Shown here piece after piece: positions 40,597 to 52,600 of a stretch of DNA of 64,000 nt. The DNA is from Cyanidioschyzon merolae. Lineage: Eukaryota. The notes beneath the pieces are model-generated. The model was given only the letters and a program-made list of their open reading frames with translations. It searched no databases and was not told where the DNA came from. Location: assembly GCA_000091205.1 (NCBI GenBank), contig AP006502.2; one strand, written 5' to 3'. The number at the start of each line of letters is the position of its first letter. The first letter of the stretch is position 1. A program made the position numbers and the translations under genes.

Positions 40597-41348
40597 ATCG
40601 ATGGCGCACCTGCCTCCAGGAGGCATATGCGCTGTGTGCTTGTTTGCTGACGCACGTCGATGTACAGTGTTATGATGTGACGAGTAGGTGACTGGTTCGC
40701 ATCTGTCATGGACGGCTGCTGCCAGAGAGCCACCCATCTCGTTCAGTGGGATCGTTTCATGACGTTTTGCTCCTCTGCACGGGCGGAGCGTGTAGTATAG
40801 GATGAAGCGTGGTTCAAAGCTTCACACGAAGAGCGAGGTCTCGTCCACTGGCACGCTACGGGAACGCGCTGACAGTTCAGGTATCAGACGAAATTTTGAA
40901 CTAGGCCTGATAAGACTCGCGCTTTAAGCGTCTTCATCCAGTATCTTTTGGACGATTTAGGGGATCTATGTTTGTGGATACTTGTTGGAGAAACGGCTCT
41001 CCCCTGGGTGCTTCGCATGACAGGCCAACGAGGGGCACTGGCTGCACCAGTGCTACGCTGAAGCGCGGAACCGGCGACCCTGGTGCATTCCTGTCCGAGG
41101 GTCACCGATTGCGTTCCAGGTATTGCAATTGACGTTGGTTGTTTTGCCCCCGGGAGCTATTCGAGCAGCGCGCAGCGTTGTGGTGCGTGTCCACCGCCGA
41201 TTTCGCCTCTTCATGAAGAGGATGGAGCACGATCACAAAACAAAAAAATGGACAGGATCAAAGCTGGAATCTGCACAAATTTAGAGGTGCTTTTTGCGTG
41301 AATTCGCCTTTGCACATATTTAGGGAGCGCCGACAATACAAGTCCATG

Positions 41349-42641
41349 TCAACAGGGTCGATCCACTAATAGATCCGGTAGAGTGGCCGGGCAGCCAATG
41401 TAAATGACATGGGAATCATGAGGAATGCGTCCATTCTGACGCAGCCTCCAGTCCTCCAGAGCCATGCCATAGGCAAGAAGAAACTCGGTGGAGACTTTGC
41501 AATGATGACACCATACCTGTCTCGTTGAGATGGTCCGAACTTTGCGCATCGAATGAAGTGCGGCATGGATGCCTCGCCACGAGGCCTCGAAAATCACATA
41601 GGCCACCTGTCGGGACGGCACAGTGAGCACGGCTTGGATCGGAGCCCCGAAAGCATCGAAATGCGGCCTTATGAGCGCATCGGGAGGCATCCAGCCATCA
41701 CCGAATTGTAACTCGACACCGTTGCGGCATATGGAGTACGGCTGAGCAGCGTGCACTGGCGAACGGACGCCAGGCGACCACTCGATCCATCCCGCTTGGA
41801 CGATAAGGTCCGCGACCCACGACTGCCGAAACCGAATCCGCACCACTCGCTCCGCGCCGTACCACAACGGGCCAAGGCGTTCAGGTTCAACCACAAACGT
41901 GCCATGTGGATCGAAAACGTCATCATCAAAGCGCTGCGCCAGAAAATCGTGTAGGCGCTCGTTGGTCATATCTCGAGGTGCTTCGTATGCGACGACTTCG
42001 TAGCCGTTACGGCGATGGTACGCGGGCCCCAGCCGAATGCGTCGCGAGCAGATGCGTAGACGATGCGCGAGCAATCTGGCACGCTCAGCGTCGCGGCTGT
42101 GCTGAAACTCGACGAACCCAAATCCGACACATTTGCCGGTAACCGGATCTCTCTTGATGTAGGCACTTCGAACCGCACCGTAGTTTGAGAAGCAATCCAC
42201 CAGATCTCGCTCGGAAACGTTCCCACTCAGGTCGCCAACGAAGACCTGCGCCCGCCTGGACGAGGTCGGGCCAGGACCTGCGTTCGGCATCGCCGACACA
42301 TTCCAGGTCGTGTGGTCCTCGGTTGACAGTATCCGCGGTGGCGCAGAAAACGCCCAGGCTACCATTTCATCAAGACTATGGAATCGCACCACCACCGGAG
42401 CAACAGAAACAGGAGACACGCTGTGCGGGCAGTGTGCAGCGCCCCGATTTTCAGATGCGACACCCGTGGGACACGGTTCAGAGTCGCGCTTGTCCGCTGG
42501 TGGGTGCGTTTTCGAGAACCCAGCAAGCACCTTCCTCCAATCGAAAAAGCCTCCCTGCTCGGGCAGCAGATCCCGGATATCTGTGTGCTGGTCCAGCGGT
42601 CCCGCGAGCGTCGGGCGGAGAGCGCCTACCAGCGCCTGCAT
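41349..42641 (-). CDS. RNA-binding protein with a single RRM domain and an uncharacterised C-terminal region
   Basis: 430-aa ORF. RRM with RNP2 VFVGDL and RNP1 KCVGFGFVEF (QVFVGDLSGNVSERDLVDCFSNYGAVRSAYIKRDPVTGKCVGFGFVEFQHSRDAERA). The remaining roughly 280 aa are not recognised. Confidence 0.6.
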   Translation of the reverse strand: MQALVGALRPTLAGPLDQHTDIRDLLPEQGGFFDWRKVLAGFSKTHPPADKRDSEPCPTGVASENRGAAHCPHSVSPVSVAPVVVRFHSLDEMVAWAFSAPPRILSTEDHTTWNVSAMPNAGPGPTSSRRAQVFVGDLSGNVSERDLVDCFSNYGAVRSAYIKRDPVTGKCVGFGFVEFQHSRDAERARLLAHRLRICSRRIRLGPAYHRRNGYEVVAYEAPRDMTNERLHDFLAQRFDDDVFDPHGTFVVEPERLGPLWYGAERVVRIRFRQSWVADLIVQAGWIEWSPGVRSPVHAAQPYSICRNGVELQFGDGWMPPDALIRPHFDAFGAPIQAVLTVPSRQVAYVIFEASWRGIHAALHSMRKVRTISTRQVWCHHCKVSTEFLLAYGMALEDWRLRQNGRIPHDSHVIYIGCPATLPDLLVDRPC

Positions 42642-42756
42642 CGATCCGCCGCTCTGGTGTTCTTGATTCGGAGTTCGCGACCGTGCTTGTGTGGAAAAAG
42701 GCCAACAAGCACAGCAGAACGCATTTCACAGCCTCTAGAGCGCTACGTCACCCATC

Positions 42757-42840
42757 GAACACGCATGCAATTCTTGCCATGCATGCACGCCAGACACGCA
42801 TGCCTGCATACACGCATGCATATATGCATGCATGTGATCC
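42757..42840. repeat. GCATGC-rich tract containing a 30-nt perfectly alternating purine-pyrimidine run
   Basis: Five or more GCATGC palindromes sit within about 80 bp (catgcaattcttgccatgcatgcacgcc...cacgcatgcctgcatacacgcatgcatatatgcatgcatgtg). Positions 42806-42835 alternate Y/R without interruption. The tract lies about 120-200 bp upstream of the RRM gene start codon. Confidence 0.8.
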
Positions 42841-43847
42841 CGGAGGCCGCGTTGAACGCGCATCGCCCTCATGCAGTCATGGTGATGCATGATGCGTTTC
42901 GCGCGAGCGTTTACGCATTCCGGCCATCGCCGTGCACATTGTTGCGTATTCGATTGATGCGCACATTCCGTGACGAAGCGTGTGTGCGTTTGCATCAGCT
43001 GCACCCGGGATCGCAACAGCGGCGCAGGAGCGGGTGCTGAACGGGTGTGAATCTGAAGTGTCCAATGATCTAGCGAGGGCGCACACTGCGCTTCACAGGG
43101 CCGCAGCTGACGCGCTCAGGGAGGTCTAGAGAACGCTGCCGTCACGGGTCTCGTCTTTCGTATGCGCCTGTGCAGTGCTGGGTAGCCGACGAGCCCAAAT
43201 TACCCGTGAGCGCGACCTGAGGCCTTGGGTTGCTCGCTCCGCATAGCCATTGCTCGCTCGCATGATGCAGAAGCAGGGCCCAACCGGACGTACGGTAGCT
43301 TGCGGGACAGGAATCAAAGCATTGCCCAGGGACTGTCGATGTTGTTTGGCAGTCCGTATGCGACTGAGGTTGACAGTGCTGCATGGCCACTGTTTTCAGG
43401 GCTTTTGGCATTGGCGATTACCGCTGTGTACCCGACACAGAATCCAAGGTGCTTGTATCCGGAGATCTGGCCGTTGGACACCTTCGTCCGATGCCTGCTC
43501 AGAGCGTCGGGCGCAAGCCGGGCGATTCTCACATGATTGTCCGGCAGTGCAGCAAAACTGCAGATGGGCGCTGGTGCACAGCGCCCATCTGCGACAAGCG
43601 CCGAAGCTCCAGTGCAGAGCACATATGGACAGTAGTCCTTATACCAGAAAAGCATGTTCGAAAGCATCAACCAGCCTGATACGACCTACGATCGCAGTAT
43701 GTGCGCAGAATTTCAGACATCTCATGGAGCGCGATACCAATGCGTACAACGCTGAGGATTCTCGCGCAGCCACTTGCTCATATGCGGTGCATCGCGCTCA
43801 AACCTGGACCCAGCGTCGGTGCATGTCATGAAATCAAAGACGAAAGC

Positions 43848-45203
43848 TCACTGAAATCCATTCCAAGTCGCACCTGATTCGGGATTTTGCGACATGTCAT
43901 CGGCTTGCAGTCGATGTCCGGCTCCGTCGGGGTCGAGTCGTGCACCCGGAAACACATAGCGACTTGGCAGTTGAAAGTACTGTTCTGGGTCGCCAGCCAG
44001 CGAACATCGCTCCGTATCACCTATTTTGTCCGACCAGCCCAGAAGCTCTGCTATTAATCGAACGATAAAGTCACAGTCACCAAGGAGCTCCACATCAAAC
44101 TGGATTCTTGCTCGTGCGACTACTTCCCTGTTCACCAGAATCTGCGGGACGCTTGCGTCGAGGCTGCGCGGCATATCGGCAACGGGCGCCACCTGCAACG
44201 ATGTTCCAATGACGAGGAGCATATCAGCTCGTCGAAGATCATCTTCGATTGAATCGAAAAACTCCTGCGGCAACGGCTCGCCGAAAAACACTATACCCGG
44301 CTTCATGACTGGCTCAGGGTCGAAACCGTCGGATCCGCACGAGTCTTCGCTGTCAGATGCAAGGCCATCATCCAAGCTTGAGCGCTTGTCATTAGCATGC
44401 AACGCTTCCTCTCCGGTACATCGCTCACAATAGATCACGTTGCCTCTTCGAATCTGATGTCGATCCTGTTCACATATCGCACGTGACCGGTTGCACTTGA
44501 CGCAGCGAAGCGTATCGAAGCTACCGTGGCAGAATATCGTTCGGCTAATTCCCGCTGCACGCTCGAGCCCGTCAATGTTCTGTGTATAACATCGAAGCAA
44601 CTTGCCGGATCGCTCAAGCTGTGCAATAAACCGATGACAGAAAGATGGTTTTCGAAGCGCCTCTTCTGGTGGGAAAATTTCAGCCGCAAACTCATAGAAA
44701 GGCCGCGGGTCAACCAGAAACTGGTCCAGATCGAAAAGCATCTGAGGGTCGTCAAGGAAAGGGTATCGCGCCTGAACCCGTTCGTAGATGCCGCCCTCGC
44801 TCCGAAAGTCTGGTATGCCGAGTGAAGTTGATATCCCTGCACCACACAAGACGAGGATGTTCTCGGAATTTCGAAGCAGCGACACCACATCAGATAGGGT
44901 GTTGATTTCAGGGAGTTTTGGACGCACGTAGCCTCGTTCGAGGATAGAAGCCAAAACTGTAGCTAGGATAGTTTCCTCGTCCAGCTTTGTTTCCTCTACC
45001 AGCTCTTTCAGCCTCTCAGGTCCTATCTCGTCAGCTAGGAGCTTTCGGAGCTCGGTTTCGCTAGCGCCAACCCGTACGTGCCGCTCGCCTCGAAGAAGAG
45101 CAAGCGCAGAAGAGTATATCGTCGATCCAGAGGGCGACGAAGCCTCCGTTCCCTCACTTAGTTCCTCGAGGCTTTCACTGGACGGAGATTCACCGGTTTC
45201 CAT
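43848..45203 (-). CDS. NAD-dependent protein deacetylase, Sir2 family (class I sirtuin)
   Basis: 451-aa ORF. Sirtuin Rossmann and zinc-ribbon motifs: GAGISTSLGIPDFRSEGGIY, QNIDGLE, CHGSFDTLRCVKCNRSR...CERCTG (zinc tetrad), and VIGTSLQVAPVA. There is an acidic N-terminal extension of roughly 110 aa. Confidence 0.85.
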   Translation of the reverse strand: METGESPSSESLEELSEGTEASSPSGSTIYSSALALLRGERHVRVGASETELRKLLADEIGPERLKELVEETKLDEETILATVLASILERGYVRPKLPEINTLSDVVSLLRNSENILVLCGAGISTSLGIPDFRSEGGIYERVQARYPFLDDPQMLFDLDQFLVDPRPFYEFAAEIFPPEEALRKPSFCHRFIAQLERSGKLLRCYTQNIDGLERAAGISRTIFCHGSFDTLRCVKCNRSRAICEQDRHQIRRGNVIYCERCTGEEALHANDKRSSLDDGLASDSEDSCGSDGFDPEPVMKPGIVFFGEPLPQEFFDSIEDDLRRADMLLVIGTSLQVAPVADMPRSLDASVPQILVNREVVARARIQFDVELLGDCDFIVRLIAELLGWSDKIGDTERCSLAGDPEQYFQLPSRYVFPGARLDPDGAGHRLQADDMSQNPESGATWNGFQ

Positions 45204-48200
45204 ATAAGTAGAGGGAGCTAGGCACGTCAGCGATCTCGCTCAACGCGTGTGCTCAGTTGTTTACCGAGCCGCATGCACAGGTCGGTTGTTCGCTCGAAGC
45301 GCGGGTACCTGGCGGCGGCGACGCGGTGTGTATACCCGGTTGCGTCGGAGGCATCACCGCGGCCGTTGGCGCACTGCGCCGCTCTGCAGCTTGCCGGGTG
45401 AGTGCGGTGGCGCGCCGGCGCTCGGCACAGAAAGCGGAAGAAACAGGATCTCATCGCCGGCGATAGCGAAACGCGTATGCAGGCGACTTTCGCCCATGAT
45501 ACATGATATGCTGTGACCTGGAGGTTTGGATGCAGCACAGTGCATGAATGCAAGAAGCATCGCAAGCTGCGTATCTACTGTTGGAAACGGAGCAAGAGAC
45601 TGCCATGCTCTGCACAAGACTCGATATTCCATGAACGCTTGATGAATGCGTCTGTTTGGGATTGAAGCTTGAACAAGAGAGCCATGCAGGGGATGTTGTG
45701 CCCTGCCATAGGCGCTACCTGCTACACACTGGCTGTTCTGCGGTGCTCGTCGTTCCGAAATAGTACGGTTATTCGTTGTTTTGTGGGCTTGAGTTCGAGG
45801 CTATGATCCGGAGAGGGCCTGCCTTGGCGACGATGCCCTACATGTCGTAAGGGCGTGTTTCTGAAAGTAGTCCTTGACGTACCGTGCATTCGACAGGAAG
45901 AGGTCGTGCATTGGCCTCGTGGTTTGTCTGTACAGGCGCTCCGGAAGGCGATGATACATATCGGAAGCTCATCTGCGGGATTTCAACGGGCGACTGGAGT
46001 GCGCGACCATTGATACAACCAATGCATCGAAAGAACCACTTACAAATGGATAACACTCGCGGCAACTGACTATTGACTGCTCCCAAGACTACCCGAAGCT
46101 GTAAGGATGCCGTCCCGCTAGTGAATCACTTCAGAAGCACAGCGTTCGACCACTAGACGCCGCCAGGAAACACTGCCGAATGTCGCTGGAATGCGCCATC
46201 CACTTCATTACAAAAGCGAGTTGTCGATGTGGGATCCTACCGGAGTTTCCTATGTATTCATGAACGAGATATCCATGTTCTATGTCGAGAGTTTGCAAAC
46301 GTATATCAAAGTCTGTGCCCGTTCTGCCCTCCGGAGACTGAATACAGTTCTGCATCCAAGTCAGAATAGAATAGAGGAACAAAGTGTGCTGTCTGGACCC
46401 GGCTTTCCATGTTTTCCTCCATTTTATCAAATGTATAGCCTCGGCATTGGAAACGCGTCATTTGGGGTCTCGGCATTCATACGAATTTCTATGATTCTCG
46501 TGGGTTGTAATGGAGGAGCTTCTTGCCGTCTTCGCCACTGGAGCCTGTTTAATCACAGAAATCGAGATGATTCGCCCCGCCCTCGAACAGGGCATCGAAG
46601 AACGGCCGATATTCTTATTCAATGCACGTGCTCGCGCCCCGACTTGTTTCCTTTCGCGTCACATGTTCAAATCAGGTGCTCGCGAGTTTTTCGATGTTCT
46701 GGTTCAAGGCAATTTGTGGGTAGAGCGATTCGCGCCACAACCTAAACAAGAAATGAGTTTCCAAAAAAGCCTGTAGAATGCCGTTATACAATTTCATGCC
46801 TAGCTTTCACTGATTTTGTCATATGAAACAATCCGCCGCGTTAGAAGGACAAGTCCTTCTCTGGATATAACCATCGGAGAAACGGCCTTTGATGCCATCA
46901 TAATGTCTGTTAGCAGGTATGCTCTGAAAACCTCACCTCTCTTGTGTTCGCATTGCACAATGACTGGGACCCGTGCTCCCGTCATTGCATTCACTGCTCT
47001 GAGAGGAGAGTGCGTCAACGTTTCAGATGCAGTGTACCTATCCATTCCGAAATTTCCGAATTGTTCTCCGTTCAGGATACTCCTAGAGGTACTTGGTCCA
47101 TCACAGACGATATCGCGCCCCATAAATCCTCTAAGGAATGAAACAGTGCGCGCTTTCGTGTTCCGCGGATAGCCTGCGCGCCCCAGGGGCCCGCCCAGAA
47201 GTTATCCTTGACCGTAGCGTGCGGCACAGGGCGCGGGGACGGAAGAGTGCAACCAGAATGGACTCCTCTACTCGGCAGGGGCGTACACCGAGCGATGAAT
47301 CAGGCGTTCGGGCGCACCAGGCCAGCGCTCGAAGCAGCGCTGTGGTGCACTTATTGAATTGCTCGGGCATAGCCATATACCACCACTTCGAAGGACGTTT
47401 TGTGGCTGAACTTAAAGAAGATGATAATGGCGAAGGAAACGCAGATTGCAACATCTGCCCGTTTACGAAATTTCTGGCCAACAATCGGAAGCGATACATT
47501 CTTGATTTGAAGACTGCGATCAATATTCTTCGACAATTGACAACGGAGCTACAGCGAGAAGAGAGACCGCCGTACAGAATGCGGGAGATAAGAGAGAGGA
47601 AAGGGAAGCAGTTGCAGAAAGGACCCGCAAGGGATCGTTTTCATGACAGTGCGCAGAGACCTGATGTTTCGCGCGTGCATACGAGTCAAAGTGCATGGTC
47701 TGCGGTAATCTTCGCTGGGTACGATGTCCGCAGATTGCCGAACCTGACACGTGTCTTTCGGACAGCGCGCACCATGCTCATGGACGCACGCTGACCTTTT
47801 TGATAAACAATGTACAGTTAGGGCCGATGTCCAAGTCCGTGCCCCAGCCGCCTCTGATCCAGTCCGTGCAGGCGCGCGCTGCACATCCGTGGTGCCGGGC
47901 ACACGCGGCACCCATTCGGGCACACGTCTCATCCGCCGCCGCTTTCGACGACTGCGCGGGAAGCGCAATCCAGTCCGAGGCGTCGCGTGCCGATGCGCGC
48001 TCTCAGCGATGATCAGGGAATATCTGCGAACACGCGCCTGTGATGGCGCTTGTAGCGGGTGTTTCCATCTACGGGCAAGGGAAGGGTCGGCGACACCTGG
48101 CGTTCCGTTGATCAACTGCTGAGCACAGAACGGGGAACAAGACGTTTATTGAGGTGAGTGTGCTGCAGCGCGCGAGACAATTCCATCAGGCGTGCACCTT

Positions 48201-48419
48201 GGTGACGCCGCCTGTGTGCAGCAGTCTCGTCACGGAAGTGAGCACGACTTCGAGTACCGCCTGACAACGTACCGGAATTTGCAGACACTCTGCATCAAGT
48301 TTGTGGAACGAGAACTCCGCAGTTCCCAGCATCGGTAGTTTGCGCTATTCCAGCTGGACCTGGAGAGTCGAGGACTATCGGCCTGCTGCAACTGACGAGG
48401 ACAGCGCACGTGGTCACCG

Positions 48420-49418
48420 GTGACCTCGCGCAAGGTTGCACCTACCGAGGACCCCGCACCAGACGCAACACGCTGTCCAGACTTCAGGATCCAGTATCGA
48501 GCTCGGGTCTTTGAGTCGACACTAGCGAACGTGAACCCGCACATCACGCGGGTGACGGGACGACAAACGAGTGCACAACGCTCCCGGTGTCAAGGCAGCG
48601 TTCGTGGTCTGTGTGTCGACCAATTTTTTTTTGGGCGCGCTGAATACTGTGCTCCCGAGTTCAGCTCTTGGATGAGATCCGGGCGGCCCCGTGAGGAAAA
48701 AGGCCTCCGTCACTTTGCCGTTCGTATTTGCCACAAAGTCGAGCAGAAAGGCGAGACCACCTACAATGAGGTCGCGGATGAGCTGGTCGCCGAACTGCTG
48801 CAGGGAAACAATGGCGTAGCGCCGCGTGATCCGGCGAGTGAAGAGAAGAATGTGCGCCGTCGAGTCTACGATGCGCTGAATGTGCTGTGTGCTATCGGCG
48901 TGGTGCACAAAGATCGTCGCGCTGTCCGCTGGCATGGTCTACCTCGCGCCAGCGTACGAGAGCAGTCTCTCCTCGAGAACGAACTGAGCCGTCTGAGTTC
49001 GAGTGTGCGGGACAAGGACGGCCGGATCCAGCGATACCGCACAATTGTACGAGCGCTCGAGCGCCTTGTCCAACGCAATATGCGCGGTGCGGCGGTGGCG
49101 AGCAGCGGGCGCCCGCGCTCCGCGTCGCTACAAGGCGATTCGGCTGTTCGGCTGCCGTTCCTGCTGATCGCCACCGATCCGGATGCAGCAGTCGATATCG
49201 ACGGAGACGAACCAGGTTCAGATCGCTGCAGCTTCACCTTCAATCGCCCGTTCCAGGTGTATGACGCGGACGGCGTCTTACTGGAGCTGGACGCGATGAT
49301 CTGCAACTCGGGTGCCAGACAGGATAGCGCGTCGGTGCCCGCGACTACCAACTGTGCCTTGGGTTCGAATGAGGCATCGGCATCGGCGACAGCAGCAGCC
49401 AGCGAGCCTCCGCTATGA
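48420..49418 (+). CDS. DP: Transcription factor DP (E2F dimerisation partner; E2F/DP winged-helix plus DP dimerisation domain)
   Basis: 332-aa ORF. [34 protein letters not shown]...[32 protein letters not shown] matches DP1 ([34 protein letters not shown]...[32 protein letters not shown]). A dimerisation domain follows ([30 protein letters not shown]...[19 protein letters not shown]). The true start may be an internal Met. Confidence 0.8.
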   Translation: [332 protein letters not shown]

Positions 49419-49674
49419 CCCACGCGCAGCGGGATCGAGGCATCGCCTGCTGCTGTGCGGATGCCGATGCCTCATTCGTGATCGTTACAGGCCGCCGACG
49501 CTGCCGCATCCGTACTGCGCACCGTTGCGACATGGGCCATCATTGCAATCCATGCGTGTCTGCGTGTCTGCGACACGTTGCCAGCCAAAGTGCCGCTTCG
49601 AGCAACACGCGATCGCAGCTGATGCTGTCGCTGAGCGCTTCGATCTAGACACACATATCAACAGGGACGCACGT

Positions 49675-49697
49675 ATGCATGCATGCATGCATGCATC
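49675..49697. repeat. (ATGC)5-6 tetranucleotide repeat (GCATGC-type)
   Basis: The run gtatgcatgcatgcatgcatgcatcc lies about 260 bp downstream of the DP stop codon. Confidence 0.9.
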
Positions 49698-52600
49698 CAC
49701 ACACGCATCCAGTTCTACTTCATCGGCGGCAACGTCGGCTGCGTTCGACGATCCATCGTGCGCGCTGCAGCGAGCGTCGGCATCCGAAGTAGCACCGCGA
49801 ACTGCGTTGTAGGCGTTCCAGGCTCTGCTTTGTATGCCGTCGTCTCATCGCTTAAAGGCGGGAACCGTTTACGTGCTTGACTAGTGGAAGCGCACGCGAT
49901 CGAATCTGTCACCCAAGCGCTGGGAAGCGTACGCGTGGATGCCAATGCCCGTAACGATGCGCTGATGCCTCGAGCGCCATGCCTGATGCGCTGCCAATGT
50001 CGGTGGCGGGTCAGAACCAATACGAACCGTCCAATGGACGACGCTATGCACAAAATGGAACGCCACGGCATCCGCTGCGCTCCGGCGGCGCCGTTATCGC
50101 TGCATCTATCTGCATGATCGATATGAACGAATCGAGTGCGTTCCACTCCGAGCAGCGAATTCTAGAACACGTGCACCAACACGCCTTTTTGATTTTGTTT
50201 GTTTTCCTCGCATGTACGCAATAAGAGCATCATATCTTGTGCCTAAGAGAATTGTCGCGGAAAGACTCGATGCTGTCGCTGCTATCGTACGAAAATCGGC
50301 CTTAGTTACGCAAGTCAGTGCTTCCACGTTGAGCAAGTAGATCGACGACCCGCGACTAGTCCCTGTGCTGGATGTCGCGCACCCAAAACAGAACGTTTTA
50401 AACGCTTTCTACGAGACTGCATCCAAGTCAATCCAGTTCACCCCGAAGTTCTCGTACAAGTACCACGAAAGAATCTATAGGACATGAAGTTTCTTTACGG
50501 AGCATACGAACGATAATAAGGAGACACGATGCTCAACGAGAAGCGCCCGCCATTACATGAGACCATGGCACCTTGAACAAAATTTCTATGTCTTTCTTAC
50601 TAAACAAGAACGCTGATTACAGGAGAGATGCGTCTTCAGCTCACTCGATGAAATATCGTTGAGCAAATATAGTAGATATGTACATTGATTCTCCAAGAGC
50701 CTTCATGTGCTGTTGGTAAAGAAGAGCTATGCGGGCACGCGGACAACATCATCCCTATCGGGAATTCAATCGCGTGGTCGCCTACAGACTGTTACGCGGT
50801 TAGGATTCTTCAATACCTCAATCTTCCTCGAGGAGCCTCCTGCCTTATTTCTGACCTGCTCACAGACAACGTGGTTTTCCATCACTCAAAAGCGGTAAAG
50901 CAGCTCGCGGTTGAGAAGAAGGCGGAGCTCGACCTCATGGGAGCGAGTCCTCCCTGGTTCAATCCCGTACAAGGCGATTTCTCTGCTGCGAAACGCCGTT
51001 TTTGCGCTTACGGATTCGTAGACGATTCGTTCGCATCGGTGACACGGAAGCGCAAACGGCGCTTCTGTGACAATTCATTCTCTACACTCGCCTTGATGGA
51101 CCTCATCGCGCAGCGGATGTTAGGAGTTCCCCACGCAGGGCTATCCGCAGTACACATTCCGCTGTAGGTTATGGAGCAAAGCTGCGTGCACGGCCATAAT
51201 TGCTCCTCGGCAAACAAGAAGCAGTACTGCTTGACTGGGGCATCACAGCGTTGCCTATACGCTTCCAAGAATCCCTTGGAATGTCGCCGTGCCACCTCGG
51301 CAATCGGCACATAGACAGCGCAGGTTCCAGCAAGTATTCAACGAACCTGAAATACCAGAATCTTTCGCAGGTCGGTCTCGAGCACTTCATGAGGTGCAGC
51401 ATTTGGACACGCCACCTTCATATTGCTGGCAAAGAAAAATCGGGACTGACAGAGCGATGCTCGGGGTGTTCATGGGCGCAAATAACGAGCTGATGGCGAA
51501 TGGGCTCGACGTGCTATCGAGTTCGGAAGCGGAGCCACAGCGAGAGCGAGAGAGTCGCTTTGGATCGTCCAAGCGCTTCGCGCAGCTGTGAACCCCGAAG
51601 CTACCAACGAAGTATGCAAGGCGTAATTGGAATGCCATATCTGCTTTCCTCTGATCTTGATCGACTATGTTATCGCGATGATGGCGCTACAGAGCATGGG
51701 ACACGCCCGACCCGGATCCGTGCGCCCAAGTCTCCACATGCGTCCATTTGATGTGGTCCAGATATGGCCAATCCACACATATGGTACTATTACGAGTGAT
51801 TCTGTGCTGTATATGCTCTTTAATGGCTAACCATGGTCTCCACAAGCAACTATGAAGCATTAGAAAACTCTGTGAAGAATGTTCGCGTAGCTCGTTCAAG
51901 GGATCCCTTTTGCAGCGAATTACATGGAAAGAAATTCTCATGGACGATAGCGATCGATAGAATATCGATTTGCGTTCATGCGGCAAAGATCTGGGCCTGT
52001 ATCGAGCACCGGGACGCATGCTCATTCATTCAAGGTTGACGAATATGGAGACAATGTGGCGGGCGTGAATCCCGAGTCCAAGGGCTCTCGGGCGTCGCCG
52101 TCCCTCCAAGTCAAGAGGACGGTGCCAGAGACCTGAACGGAAAGCAGATGAAGTCGCTCAAATTTTCCAGGACTCGCGATGATTGCGAGTCGGGCGCTTC
52201 AGACTCTGGGAGGCACACAAACAATACAAAGTGCCTGTCCATGGATCCATCTCGACGCTTTGAGCACCACATCGAGCGGAGAAGCACGTTTGTTTAGGCT
52301 TCATTCATGCAGTAGATCAGCGTCCAGATGTCTCACACGAACGATCTTTGGAGAAAGCAGATGAGACTGCGCTGCGCTGCGCTCGCCAATGCTCTCTGTT
52401 CCACGAAGGCAAGAATCGTGCATTCGTAACTCGGTCTGTGAATTGGAAAAGCATGCGAACGCAAAATCGCGTTGTTCCGTAATAGCATGTGGCGTTCTAT
52501 GTGCTGTGATACCCGAGAGCAGCACTCTCACTCGTTCAAGCCGAGCGTTTAACGAGTGCAGGAATCGGTTCCGCACGATTCCCATCCAAGAGTTCCAGAT

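Noticed and set aside
43848-45203. Possibility that the sirtuin ORF is a bacterial CobB/defence-associated Sir2 (e.g. a Thoeris-like system)
   Set aside because: It has the full class-I sirtuin zinc-ribbon and Rossmann motifs, with long acidic/Ser-rich N- and C-terminal extensions typical of eukaryotic Sir2/SIRT1-like proteins. It is flanked by eukaryotic genes (RRM protein, DP), and no partner ThsB/TIR-like gene is present.
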